64,000 bases of DNA from contig OY970194.1 in the NCBI GenBank assembly GCA_963708075.1, positions 4,512,001 to 4,576,000 on the forward strand, written 5' to 3'. A program made the position numbers and the translations under genes. Positions 28,578 through 37,646 of this stretch are shown here, piece after piece (position 1 is the first letter of the stretch; each line of letters begins with the position of its first letter). Source of the stretch: Sedimentisphaerales bacterium (lineage in GTDB: Bacteria > Planctomycetota > Phycisphaerae > Sedimentisphaerales > Anaerobacaceae). The notes under the pieces are model-generated. The model saw only the letters and a list, made by a program, of their open reading frames with translations, made no database searches and was not told the DNA's origin.

Positions 28578-31004
28578 ATGGGAGATGTGAGGCAGGTGCT
28601 CATGGGCGTGTTCGTGATCGGTTTGGTTTGGGCGACGTTGGGTGTGGGGCAGGAGGATAAACGACCGTTGGAGCGGGACTATAATGTCAAGCCGGTGGGG
28701 TTCAATCTGGTGAATGTCAGGGACGGGTTCTGGTCGCCGCGGCTGGAGATTAACCGGACGGTGACGATTCCTTACTGTTTTCAGATGTGTGAAGAAACAG
28801 GGCGGATTCGCAACTTTGAGAAGGCGGCGGGGCTCAAAGAGGGCAAGCACGAGGGCATCTACTTCAATGACTCCGATGTCTATAAGGTCATGGAAGGAGC
28901 GGCGTATTCGCTGCAGGTCCATCCGGATGCCATGCTGAGGCTCTATTTGGACAAGCTGATCACGACGATGAGCCGGGCCCAGTGGGAGGACGGGTACCTG
29001 TACACGTTTTACTCCGTGCCGCAGAGGCAGCCGGAGAAACGCTGGACCAATGAGCGGGACATGCACGAGCAGTATTGCATCGGGCACATGCTCGAAGGGG
29101 CCGTCGCCCACTACCAGGTCACCGGCGACAAGGCGTTCTTGAACATCGCGACGCGGTGCGCGGACTACATCTGCCAGGTGTTCGGCCCGGGCAAGCGGAC
29201 CGACCCGCCGGGCCACCAAGAGATCGAAATCGGCCTGTGCAAGCTCTACCGCGCCACCGGCGACGGCAAGTACCTGGATATGGCCAAGTTCCTGCTGGAC
29301 CAGCGCGGCCGCAAGGGCAATCGCGGACCCAATGGCGACGGCGGCCTCTACGGCGAGTACTCCCAGGACCACATCCCCGTCACAGAGCAGACCGAGGCCA
29401 CGGGCCATTCCGTCCGGGCGGCTTACATGTACACCGGCATGGCCGACGTCGCTGCTCTCACCGGCAGCATGGAGTATATCAAGGCCATCGAAAGCATCTG
29501 GCACGACGTCGTCGGCACCAAGCTCTACGTCACCGGCGGCATCGGGGCCTCCGGTGGCAACGAGGGCTTCAGCGCCAAGTACGAGTTGCCCAATCTAACC
29601 GCCTACTGCGAGACCTGCGCCTCGTTCGCCAATATCTTCTGGAACCACCGCATGTTCCTCATGCAAGGCGACGCGAAGTACATCGACGTGCTGGAGCGCT
29701 CGCTCTACAACGCCGCCCTGTCGGGCATCGGCATGAAGGGCGACCGGTTCTTCTATCCGAACAGGCTCGAATCCGGCGGCGACGAGAGGAGCCCGTGGTT
29801 CGACTGTCCGTGCTGCCCGTCGAACGTCGCGCGATTCGTTCCCTCCGTGCCCGGCTACGCCTATGCGTACAAGGACAATGATGTCTATGTGAACCTGTTC
29901 CTCAGCGGCGATACCACGATCCAGACGGCCGGCAACAAGGTGAAGCTGAGCCAGCAGACCGAGTATCCCTGGAAGGGCAAGGTGGATATCAGCGTCGAGC
30001 CGGAAAAGAGCGAGAAGTTCACCATCTGCGTTCGCATCCCCGGCTGGGCCCGGAATGAGGCGGTTCCGAGCGACCTGTACACGTTCCTGACGCCCGTCAA
30101 TGACAAACCCACGCTGAAGGTCAACGGCAAGACCGTGTCGCCGAGCATCGAGAAAGGCTACGCCCGCATCGAACGCCAGTGGCAAAAAGGCGACAGGATC
30201 GAGCTGGACCTGCCTATGCCCGTCCGCCGGGTGGTCGCACATGAGCAAGTGAAAGCGGATCGCGGCCGAGTAGCCCTGCAACGCGGACCCATCGTGTACT
30301 GCCTGGAGGGGCCGGACAATGATGGCAAGGTGCTGAACACGGTGGTCGCGGACGATGCGAAGCTCAAGAGCGAATACCGGTCGGACCTGCTCAATGGTGT
30401 CATCGTGATCACAGGGAAAGCCCGAGTGGCGAAGCGCGATCTCGACGGCAAGGTCGTCTCGGCAGGCACGAAGCAGTTCACGGCGATTCCGTACTACGCC
30501 TGGGCTCATCGCGGCCGGGCGCAGATGACGGTCTGGCCGGCCCGCGAGCTGCAGGCGGCCAAGCCCGAGCCGGCGGACACCCTGACCTACACGAGCAAGA
30601 TCACCGCCTCGTTCGTCCACGCCTCGCTGGCGGCCATCAAGGACCAGGTCGTGCCGGAGAATTCCGCTGACTCCTCTGGCCGGCAATTGGATTTCTGGCC
30701 GCACAAGGGCACGACGGAATGGGTTCAGTTCGAGTGGAAGGACAAGCACGACATGTCCGGTGTCAAGGTGTACTGGTACGACGACACCGGCCGGGGCGAG
30801 TGTCACCTGCCGAAATCCTGGCAGGCGCTCTATCGTGACGACGATGGCGCTTTCAAGCCGGTGAGGAACACCGCCGCCTACGGAGTCGAAAAGGACACAT
30901 TCAATAGAGTCACATTCGAGCCCGTGAAGACCGACACCCTCAAGATCGAGATCACGCTGCAGGAGCGATGGTCCGCCGGCATGCAGGAAGTCGTCATCGA
31001 ATAG
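28578..31004 (+). CDS. GH127 (beta-L-arabinofuranosidase-like) glycoside hydrolase with a C-terminal beta-sandwich
   Basis: FNDSDVYK, HEQY, GHQEIE, GHSVRA, YCETCA and WFDCPCCP; signal peptide. Confidence 0.92.
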   Translation: MGDVRQVLMGVFVIGLVWATLGVGQEDKRPLERDYNVKPVGFNLVNVRDGFWSPRLEINRTVTIPYCFQMCEETGRIRNFEKAAGLKEGKHEGIYFNDSDVYKVMEGAAYSLQVHPDAMLRLYLDKLITTMSRAQWEDGYLYTFYSVPQRQPEKRWTNERDMHEQYCIGHMLEGAVAHYQVTGDKAFLNIATRCADYICQVFGPGKRTDPPGHQEIEIGLCKLYRATGDGKYLDMAKFLLDQRGRKGNRGPNGDGGLYGEYSQDHIPVTEQTEATGHSVRAAYMYTGMADVAALTGSMEYIKAIESIWHDVVGTKLYVTGGIGASGGNEGFSAKYELPNLTAYCETCASFANIFWNHRMFLMQGDAKYIDVLERSLYNAALSGIGMKGDRFFYPNRLESGGDERSPWFDCPCCPSNVARFVPSVPGYAYAYKDNDVYVNLFLSGDTTIQTAGNKVKLSQQTEYPWKGKVDISVEPEKSEKFTICVRIPGWARNEAVPSDLYTFLTPVNDKPTLKVNGKTVSPSIEKGYARIERQWQKGDRIELDLPMPVRRVVAHEQVKADRGRVALQRGPIVYCLEGPDNDGKVLNTVVADDAKLKSEYRSDLLNGVIVITGKARVAKRDLDGKVVSAGTKQFTAIPYYAWAHRGRAQMTVWPARELQAAKPEPADTLTYTSKITASFVHASLAAIKDQVVPENSADSSGRQLDFWPHKGTTEWVQFEWKDKHDMSGVKVYWYDDTGRGECHLPKSWQALYRDDDGAFKPVRNTAAYGVEKDTFNRVTFEPVKTDTLKIEITLQERWSAGMQEVVIE

Positions 31005-31008
31005 CCAG

Positions 31009-31075
31009 GCAGGGTGGGGCTTGCCCCACCGCTTCCTCCGGCGTCGGGTTCATGGTGGGGCAAGCCCCACCCTAC
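31009..31075. repeat. GTAG-type REP inverted doublet
   Basis: 20-bp perfect IR AGGGTGGGGCTTGCCCCACC / GGTGGGGCAAGCCCCACCCT(AC); each arm is itself a hairpin. Confidence 0.85.
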
Positions 31076-31101
31076 GGCTCAGGTAAAAACCCGGTAGTGC
31101 C

Positions 31102-31193
31102 GGGTGTCGCCGCCACACTCGTTTGACGGTGCTCATTCGATCGCGCCTGACTAATCGAAGCCCCACGGACAAACGAGTTTGCCCGTGCCACCC
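31102..31193. repeat. GGGTG-headed REP-like doublet with a degenerate left arm
   Basis: Right arm reads GGGTGGCACGGGCAAACTCGTTTGTCCGTG on the minus strand; left arm is GGGTGTCGCCGCCACACTCGTTTGACGGTG. Confidence 0.7.
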
Positions 31194-31219
31194 AGGACAA
31201 TGTCAGTCACGTGCGAGAC

Positions 31220-34200
31220 TCAGCGGCGAGGGCCCAGGCAAAGGACTTTGCCGTCCATGGTGGCCATGAAGAGCCGGCCTCGTGCGACGGCCATGCCGTC
31301 CCAGACGGGCACGCTGTCGAGCGGATAGCGGGCCAACTCCTTACCATCTGCGGCCGATACCGCCAGCAGCAGACCGCCCCGGCGGTTCTCGAACGCCGCT
31401 TCCTGCCGGAGCAGCGCATCGTGCACCTCCGGATCGTCGGGCTTGTAGAAGGCACGCACCTCGTCGGATACGTCGGGCGGGCCTGCCAGGAACAGCGTCC
31501 GATCCGCCAGCACCATGGCGCGGGCGAGAACCGGCGGCTGATCCTGGGACCACCGTGGATCGACGGCCCAGAGCAGGTCGGCGCCAAAACCATGCCGCAA
31601 CTCCCAGTCGGACGTATTGGCGTTTTTCTTTGGTGAGTTTGCATCGATGATCCGATCACTCTTGCTGATGCGCTGGATCGCCTCCGGCTTTACCTGTTTG
31701 TCGGCGGCGTACAGCTCGTACTCGAGGACGGAGGCGTTGGTCATGAACTCGGGCTTTCGCGCGTAGCCGTAGATGGTCTGGTCGTCGAAGACCATGATCC
31801 GCCCGGAGGGCGTGAGCCGTCCGGCCCGGAACCAGCCGCCGTAGCCGCCGCCCATCGCCCGCCCGTACATCCAGTAGGACCGGAAGAACCATGAGTCGTC
31901 GAGGAACCCGATCTGGCAGAACAGGTGCGACCCCTCGCCCGTCTGCTCGTCCACGGGAAGTGGAGCGATCCGGCGGCGCACGCCGTTGAGGTCGAACTCC
32001 TGTGATCGCATATAGACGGACCGCCCATCGCTGGACAAGATATCGGGCAAAGCTACGGGCATGGTCAGCCCCTTGACATAACTTTGCAGGTTCTTGCCGG
32101 TGTCCGGGTCGCGATCGTCGAGAACAGTTTCGGACAACAAGCGACCGGTGGTAGGGTCCAGCCGCAGCAGGTGCAATCCGCCATCCAGGAACATCGACCG
32201 TCCCGCTGTGCAATACAAGACGCCGTCCTGCACGAGCACGCTGCCGTGGACGGGCCACAGCGATTCGACCTGCTCATACGCTGTCATCCGCAGGTCTGCA
32301 GGGGCGGCACGGAAACGCCAGATCAGTGCCCCATCCGAGGCCCGCAGGCAGTACACCCAGCCGTCGGCCGAGCCGAACAGGACCCGTCCTTTCCAGATCG
32401 TGGGCGGACTGTCCACCCGCCCGCCGGCGGTATAGCTCCACAACCGCTCGCCGGATGCGCTATTCAAGGCGTACACAGTATGAGCGTCGATGGACGCGAC
32501 GAACACCTTGCCCCCGGCTACGACAGTTGCGCTGAGCCGGCCGGAGATCTCGGTTTGCCAAAGACGCACGACGTGGTCCGCAACGGATGTCCCCACACTG
32601 CCGCTGCGTGCGCCGTCGTGCCGGTAGGTCGGCCAATCCGCCGGCGACTCCTCGCTTTGAAGTTTGCCCGCGTACGCAGGGCCTTTCTCCAGGCGGTTCA
32701 CCTGGCCGGCTTGGACGATCACGTGCATCGTGAACGAATCCGGAGCCAGCGCGTTGAAACCGCACAACTTCGCTTCGAGATAGCACCCGCAGGGATGTGG
32801 CGGTGCATAGAGCAGTCCATTGCAGGGCAGAACGCCGTACAGGCACGCGCCGCGAACCCAGTGATTCGTCAGCCACGTCTCCTTCTGCGGGTCGATGAAC
32901 TCCGTGCCGTTGCGCAAGGTCAGGAAGTAGCGGTCGGTTGCCTTGCTCGGATAGCAGCGATGGTGGAACCAGTAAATGTCCACGTCGGGCGAAAACTGCT
33001 TCTTCAGCTCGCCCGTGCGCGGATCGAGCCCTCTGTAGATGCCGGTATCCGTCGTATTCGCGATAGGCGCGGACCAGACCAGGTCCTGCACGATGAACAA
33101 GTCTTCCGGCGACTGGTGCCCGGAGCGGAAGTGCTGGCCGGTCCACAGGGTTTTTCCCGTCTGCGCCGCGACCGCGGTCATGGATCGCGTCCCGCCCGCG
33201 AAGAGCACGATATCCTGCCAGGCCAGCAGTCGCGGCCCGAAGCAGGCGGCGATCGCCGGCCGGCGATCGATCGCCTCCGACTCCCACAGGACTTTGCCCT
33301 CAGTACGATCCAGGCACACGATCTTCTGGCCGTCGTGGAAGTACACCTGCTTGGAATCGGCGGCCAGCGTCAGCGGCGCCACCGGGCTCTGCTTCTTCCA
33401 CAGGACCTTGCCCGTGCTGGTCTCGACGGCCACCACATTCCGCGGCTGCTCGTCCCACGGCCAGTCCGTATTGGCGTGTTGGCTGTTGCTCCAGACGTAG
33501 GAGAATTCCTGGCGATACTGCGGCCACTTCGATGGCTCATCATTGACGAGCAAAAATGCCACGCCGTCGGAGACGATGATCTCCTCGGTATTGGCCGTGC
33601 CCTCGTACGTGCGGATCGTCTTGCCCGTGGCGGCGTCCAACGCTGTCAGGGGAGCATCGAGTCCGAGCGTCACGTACACCGTCTCCCCTACCGCCACGAG
33701 GCGCCGCGTGACTTGGGCCGGGCCGCTCTTCAACGGCCATTTGTGCGTGTTCCACGCCGGGATCGAACGCTTCCACAGAATCGTGCCGTTGAAGGCGTCC
33801 CGTGCGATCAGGGACCAGTGCGCCGGCAACTGGATCGAGGCCCGCGAGCCCTCGTCCATGATATAGAACAGCCGGCCGTGCGCCGAGACCAGCGCGCTGA
33901 TGCTGGACATGTGGTCATGGTGCCGCGACCAGCGCGGGCTGCCGATCCACTGGTACCGGCGCGGCGGGCCAACGGTCGTGTCATGAGCGACAGGATTCGC
34001 CGTAGCATCATGAAAGTAATGCGTCCACTCGTCGATCTCCTTGGGCCACGGCTTGGTGATGCGCTTCCAGCCCTGCCCCTCTTTGAGACACGCGACGCCG
34101 TTGGGTGCCAGGACGCGAGTGACCTCGCTCATGGGAATATCGCCGAGGCGCTCGGCCACAAGCAGATTGACGAAGTTGTCCACATACGGCAGGCACGCGC

Positions 34201-34513
34201 CGGCCAGACGATCCACCGAGACAGGCCCGTAAAGGCCCTGTGACATGATGTACTTGCGGGCCTCGCCGACGACGTTCGGGTCGGTATCCAGTCCCTGGAC
34301 AAGGAAACCATCGCCGGCCCGCAGCGCCGCCGTCAGTTTCCCGTCCGCGCAGCCCAGGTGGACGACAAAACCGCCCTTGATGCCGGTAGTCTCCAGGACG
34401 TCCTTCGCCATCTGCAGAGACTTATTGTCTTGCGTTGCTGTGTTCGCCGACAAGGTGGGAACTAAGACCGCCAGTAGAGCCAAGCCTGCCAAATGCCACA
34501 TTTCCCGCTGCAT
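31220..34513 (-). CDS. Secreted PQQ-like beta-propeller repeat protein with an N-terminal methyltransferase-like domain
   Basis: Signal peptide; VVHLGC.DG and RVLAPNG; many ALDA.TG...W repeats; WPTYRHD starts a second propeller. Confidence 0.85.
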   Translation of the reverse strand: MQREMWHLAGLALLAVLVPTLSANTATQDNKSLQMAKDVLETTGIKGGFVVHLGCADGKLTAALRAGDGFLVQGLDTDPNVVGEARKYIMSQGLYGPVSVDRLAGACLPYVDNFVNLLVAERLGDIPMSEVTRVLAPNGVACLKEGQGWKRITKPWPKEIDEWTHYFHDATANPVAHDTTVGPPRRYQWIGSPRWSRHHDHMSSISALVSAHGRLFYIMDEGSRASIQLPAHWSLIARDAFNGTILWKRSIPAWNTHKWPLKSGPAQVTRRLVAVGETVYVTLGLDAPLTALDAATGKTIRTYEGTANTEEIIVSDGVAFLLVNDEPSKWPQYRQEFSYVWSNSQHANTDWPWDEQPRNVVAVETSTGKVLWKKQSPVAPLTLAADSKQVYFHDGQKIVCLDRTEGKVLWESEAIDRRPAIAACFGPRLLAWQDIVLFAGGTRSMTAVAAQTGKTLWTGQHFRSGHQSPEDLFIVQDLVWSAPIANTTDTGIYRGLDPRTGELKKQFSPDVDIYWFHHRCYPSKATDRYFLTLRNGTEFIDPQKETWLTNHWVRGACLYGVLPCNGLLYAPPHPCGCYLEAKLCGFNALAPDSFTMHVIVQAGQVNRLEKGPAYAGKLQSEESPADWPTYRHDGARSGSVGTSVADHVVRLWQTEISGRLSATVVAGGKVFVASIDAHTVYALNSASGERLWSYTAGGRVDSPPTIWKGRVLFGSADGWVYCLRASDGALIWRFRAAPADLRMTAYEQVESLWPVHGSVLVQDGVLYCTAGRSMFLDGGLHLLRLDPTTGRLLSETVLDDRDPDTGKNLQSYVKGLTMPVALPDILSSDGRSVYMRSQEFDLNGVRRRIAPLPVDEQTGEGSHLFCQIGFLDDSWFFRSYWMYGRAMGGGYGGWFRAGRLTPSGRIMVFDDQTIYGYARKPEFMTNASVLEYELYAADKQVKPEAIQRISKSDRIIDANSPKKNANTSDWELRHGFGADLLWAVDPRWSQDQPPVLARAMVLADRTLFLAGPPDVSDEVRAFYKPDDPEVHDALLRQEAAFENRRGGLLLAVSAADGKELARYPLDSVPVWDGMAVARGRLFMATMDGKVLCLGPRR

Positions 34514-34757
34514 AGAGGTGCCTCCTTTGATCCGGGTAATAGGAACAGATACTGCCCCAGGATTCTAATGCAGCCACACTCTCAGGGCAACAGACAAGCC
34601 AGCGGCCTTGTGCCTTGGCTGTTTTATCGGAACTGGTATGGCGTCCGAAGCAGAATGGTCGGTCCGTACGGGGGTGGCTGGTAATCCCGTCGGCGGAATC
34701 TGTCGAATCCAGAAGGGACTCAACAGGTATATGGTCGGGGTATGTCTGGAGATTCGG

Positions 34758-36350
34758 ATGAAGACCGAATGGGTTTGGTGCGTGCCGGCGTTGGTGCTCT
34801 CGGTGGTCGGCGTATGCGGCGCGGCCGTGACGGTCGAGAGCCCCAATGGCGGCGAGGCCATCGCGGCAAACAGCCAATGGCCCATCACCTGGCGATGCAG
34901 CACGCGCGTCACGCAGGTGACCATCGAGTTCTCGTTTACTGAAGGTGCATCGTGGGAACCGGTGGCCCCGGACGCTCCGGCCAGTGCAGGCAAAGGCGTC
35001 TTTCTCTGGACCGTGCCATCAATCTCCTCCCCTCGATGCCTGATCCGCATTGCGGACGCAGGCAATCCGGCAGACTTCGACGTGAGTAACGCGGCCTTTA
35101 CAATATTTCCCTGTACCCTGCGGATGGATTATGACGGCGACTGCCTTATCACGTTCGCGGACTTCATGGGGTTGGCCCAGGAATGGCTCAAGTGCGGCGA
35201 CCCGTACGATCCGGCGTGCACGGGCAATCGGCCGCCACGGATCATCTCGACTCCCCCGCTGCAAACCGCCGTCGGGCAATCGTATGTCTACAATGTCAAG
35301 GCCAGCGACCCTGACAACGACCGCCTGGCATACGATCTGCTGATCGCCCCGTCCGGCATGATCATCGACCCCGCTTCCGGCGAGATCACCTGGAACCCGA
35401 CCGGCGAGCGCGAGAATGACACCACCGTGACCGTCCAGGTTCGTGACCGACTTGGCGCGGCAGACATCCAGACGTTCAACCTCGACGCCGCCGTCCTGTT
35501 CACAGGCGCCCCCGTCCAGGGGTTCCCCAACCTTTTCGAGCGACGCGTCCTGGTGTACACCAATTGCGTGCGAATGGCCCCGGAGCAGTACCGTGACAAG
35601 TACATGGCGGGCTTCCAACCGAGCCCCAGCTCAATTCTCCGGAGCTACAGCGCCGTTGAGCCGCTGCGCTACGAGCGGCCGCTTAACGAGTCGGCCCGGT
35701 TCCACGCCCAGGACATGGCCGACCACGGCTGTTTCCAGCACAACAGTTGCGATGGCACGCCCTGGTCCGACCGGATAGAGAGGTTCTATCCCGATGCGTT
35801 CATACTCGGCGAGAACGTTGGGGCCGGCTACGCCACAGCCAAGGAGATGATCGACCAACTGCTGTGCGACGCCTACGGCGGCCAGTGCGCTGCGGACCGC
35901 AGCACGCAGGCGGGACACAGGACCAACATGATGGACACTCGCATGAGGGTGCTCGGCACAGGGTACGTGTACAGCGCATCGAGCGCATACCGCTGCTATT
36001 GGGTGCAGGACTTCGCGGGCAGCGCGCCGACGGACCAGACGCCGATTGTGGCTGCCTGCCACGACTTTCTGGCCGCCGGCAAGACCTCTTTCCTGCTGAA
36101 CTACCGTGACGAGAGCAATCTTCCGCCCGCCTCCATCCAGGTCCTGGTCAACGATGTCCCGTACAACCTGACCCTCGACCTCGGTACCGCAGCCGCAGGA
36201 ACCTACCGCCTGGACCTGCCCACGGCTGCCGCCTGCCGCAAGTACTACTTCCTCGCCGTCACCGCTTCCGGCGAAGTCTGGCGATACCCCGGCCCCGGCG
36301 CCTTCCTCACCAGCGGCGAAGGCCCCTGCACCGCCGACTACCAGCCATAG
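34758..36350 (+). CDS. Secreted multidomain protein: Ig-like, dockerin/EF-hand-like, putative Ig and CAP (SCP) domains
   Basis: SPNGGE..ITW, DYDGDCLITFADF, Y.YNVKASDPD..GMIID..SGEITW, ARFHAQDM..FQHNS, GENVGAG and GHRTNMM. Confidence 0.8.
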   Translation: MKTEWVWCVPALVLSVVGVCGAAVTVESPNGGEAIAANSQWPITWRCSTRVTQVTIEFSFTEGASWEPVAPDAPASAGKGVFLWTVPSISSPRCLIRIADAGNPADFDVSNAAFTIFPCTLRMDYDGDCLITFADFMGLAQEWLKCGDPYDPACTGNRPPRIISTPPLQTAVGQSYVYNVKASDPDNDRLAYDLLIAPSGMIIDPASGEITWNPTGERENDTTVTVQVRDRLGAADIQTFNLDAAVLFTGAPVQGFPNLFERRVLVYTNCVRMAPEQYRDKYMAGFQPSPSSILRSYSAVEPLRYERPLNESARFHAQDMADHGCFQHNSCDGTPWSDRIERFYPDAFILGENVGAGYATAKEMIDQLLCDAYGGQCAADRSTQAGHRTNMMDTRMRVLGTGYVYSASSAYRCYWVQDFAGSAPTDQTPIVAACHDFLAAGKTSFLLNYRDESNLPPASIQVLVNDVPYNLTLDLGTAAAGTYRLDLPTAAACRKYYFLAVTASGEVWRYPGPGAFLTSGEGPCTADYQP

Positions 36351-36491
36351 CACGACCCAGCTCAGGGCCGCAGATTGTGAGACCTGGCATGAACACGGAT
36401 TGGGGAAGGTCGTGCAATCGACGCAATCGTCTGGTAGGATAGAAAGCACTTGGACTCATGGCATGTGGAATCATACACGAAAGGGCAGTAG

Positions 36492-37643
36492 ATGATCATG
36501 AGGGCATATGGATGGATTGCGGCAATCATTCTAATAGCATCGGCCGGTGCATTAGGGGGGGCTACCTCGGGGCGAATTACGGCCGGGCCTGCTCAAGCAG
36601 AGCGGTGGTCCGCTCAGAGGGCCAATGAATGGTATGAGCAACAGGGCTGGCTCATCGGCTGCAACTTTGCGCCGAGCACAGCGATCAACCAGTTGGAGAT
36701 GTGGCAGGCGAAGACCTTCGATCCGAACAGGATCGAGCAGGAGCTGACGTGGGCCCAGGAGCTCGGCTTCAACAGCATCCGCGTGTTCCTGCACAACCTG
36801 CTGTGGACGCAGGACGCGGCAGGATTTACGAAGCGAATGGAGCAATTCCTGGAGATCGCCGACCGGCACGAGATCGGCGTGATGTTCGTGCTGCTCGACG
36901 GGGTGTGGGACCCGTTCCCGCACACAGGCCGGCAGCGCGAGCCCAGGCCGCACGTGCACAACTCCGGCTGGGTCCAGAGCCCCGGCGTGCAGATCCTCCG
37001 CGACCCCAACCGCTGCGACAAACTGGAAGGGTACATCAAGGGCGTCATGAGCCAGTTCGGCCAGGACGAGCGCGTGCATGCGTGGGACCTGTTCAACGAG
37101 CCGGACAACATCAATCGGCCCGCATACGTGAAGTTGGAACTGGAGAACAAGCCGGAACTGGCGCTAGCCCTGCTGAAGAAGGTCGTCGCCTGGGCCCGCG
37201 AGGTGGACCCCTGCCAGCCGATCACCGCGGGCGTCTGGGTCGGCGACTGGTCCAGCGACGAGAAGCTCTCACCCATCGCCCGGTACATGCTCGACAACTC
37301 GGACATCATCACGTTCCACTGCTACGGGAGTCTGCCGGAAATGCAGAAGCGTGTGGAATCGCTGAGGCGCTACGACCGGCCCGTTATCTGCACCGAGTAC
37401 ATGGCCCGGCCCGCCGGCAGCACGTTCGAGACCATCCTGCCCTGGCTCAGGCAGGAGAATGTCGGCGCCTATAACTGGGGCTTCGTCGCCGGCAGGACAC
37501 AGACCATCTATCCCTGGGATTCGTGGCAGACCAAGTACAAGGCCGAGCCGCTCGTCTGGTTCCACGACATCTTCCGAAAGAACGGCAAGCCCTTCGACCC
37601 CAATGAAGTCAAGCTGATCAAGAAGATCACCAAGGGCGAATAA
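36492..37643 (+). CDS. Clan GH-A (GH5-like) glycoside hydrolase, secreted
   Basis: GFNSIRVFLH, WDLFNEP (acid/base), ITFHCY and PVICTEY (nucleophile). Confidence 0.85.
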   Translation: MIMRAYGWIAAIILIASAGALGGATSGRITAGPAQAERWSAQRANEWYEQQGWLIGCNFAPSTAINQLEMWQAKTFDPNRIEQELTWAQELGFNSIRVFLHNLLWTQDAAGFTKRMEQFLEIADRHEIGVMFVLLDGVWDPFPHTGRQREPRPHVHNSGWVQSPGVQILRDPNRCDKLEGYIKGVMSQFGQDERVHAWDLFNEPDNINRPAYVKLELENKPELALALLKKVVAWAREVDPCQPITAGVWVGDWSSDEKLSPIARYMLDNSDIITFHCYGSLPEMQKRVESLRRYDRPVICTEYMARPAGSTFETILPWLRQENVGAYNWGFVAGRTQTIYPWDSWQTKYKAEPLVWFHDIFRKNGKPFDPNEVKLIKKITKGE

Positions 37644-37646
37644 GCA

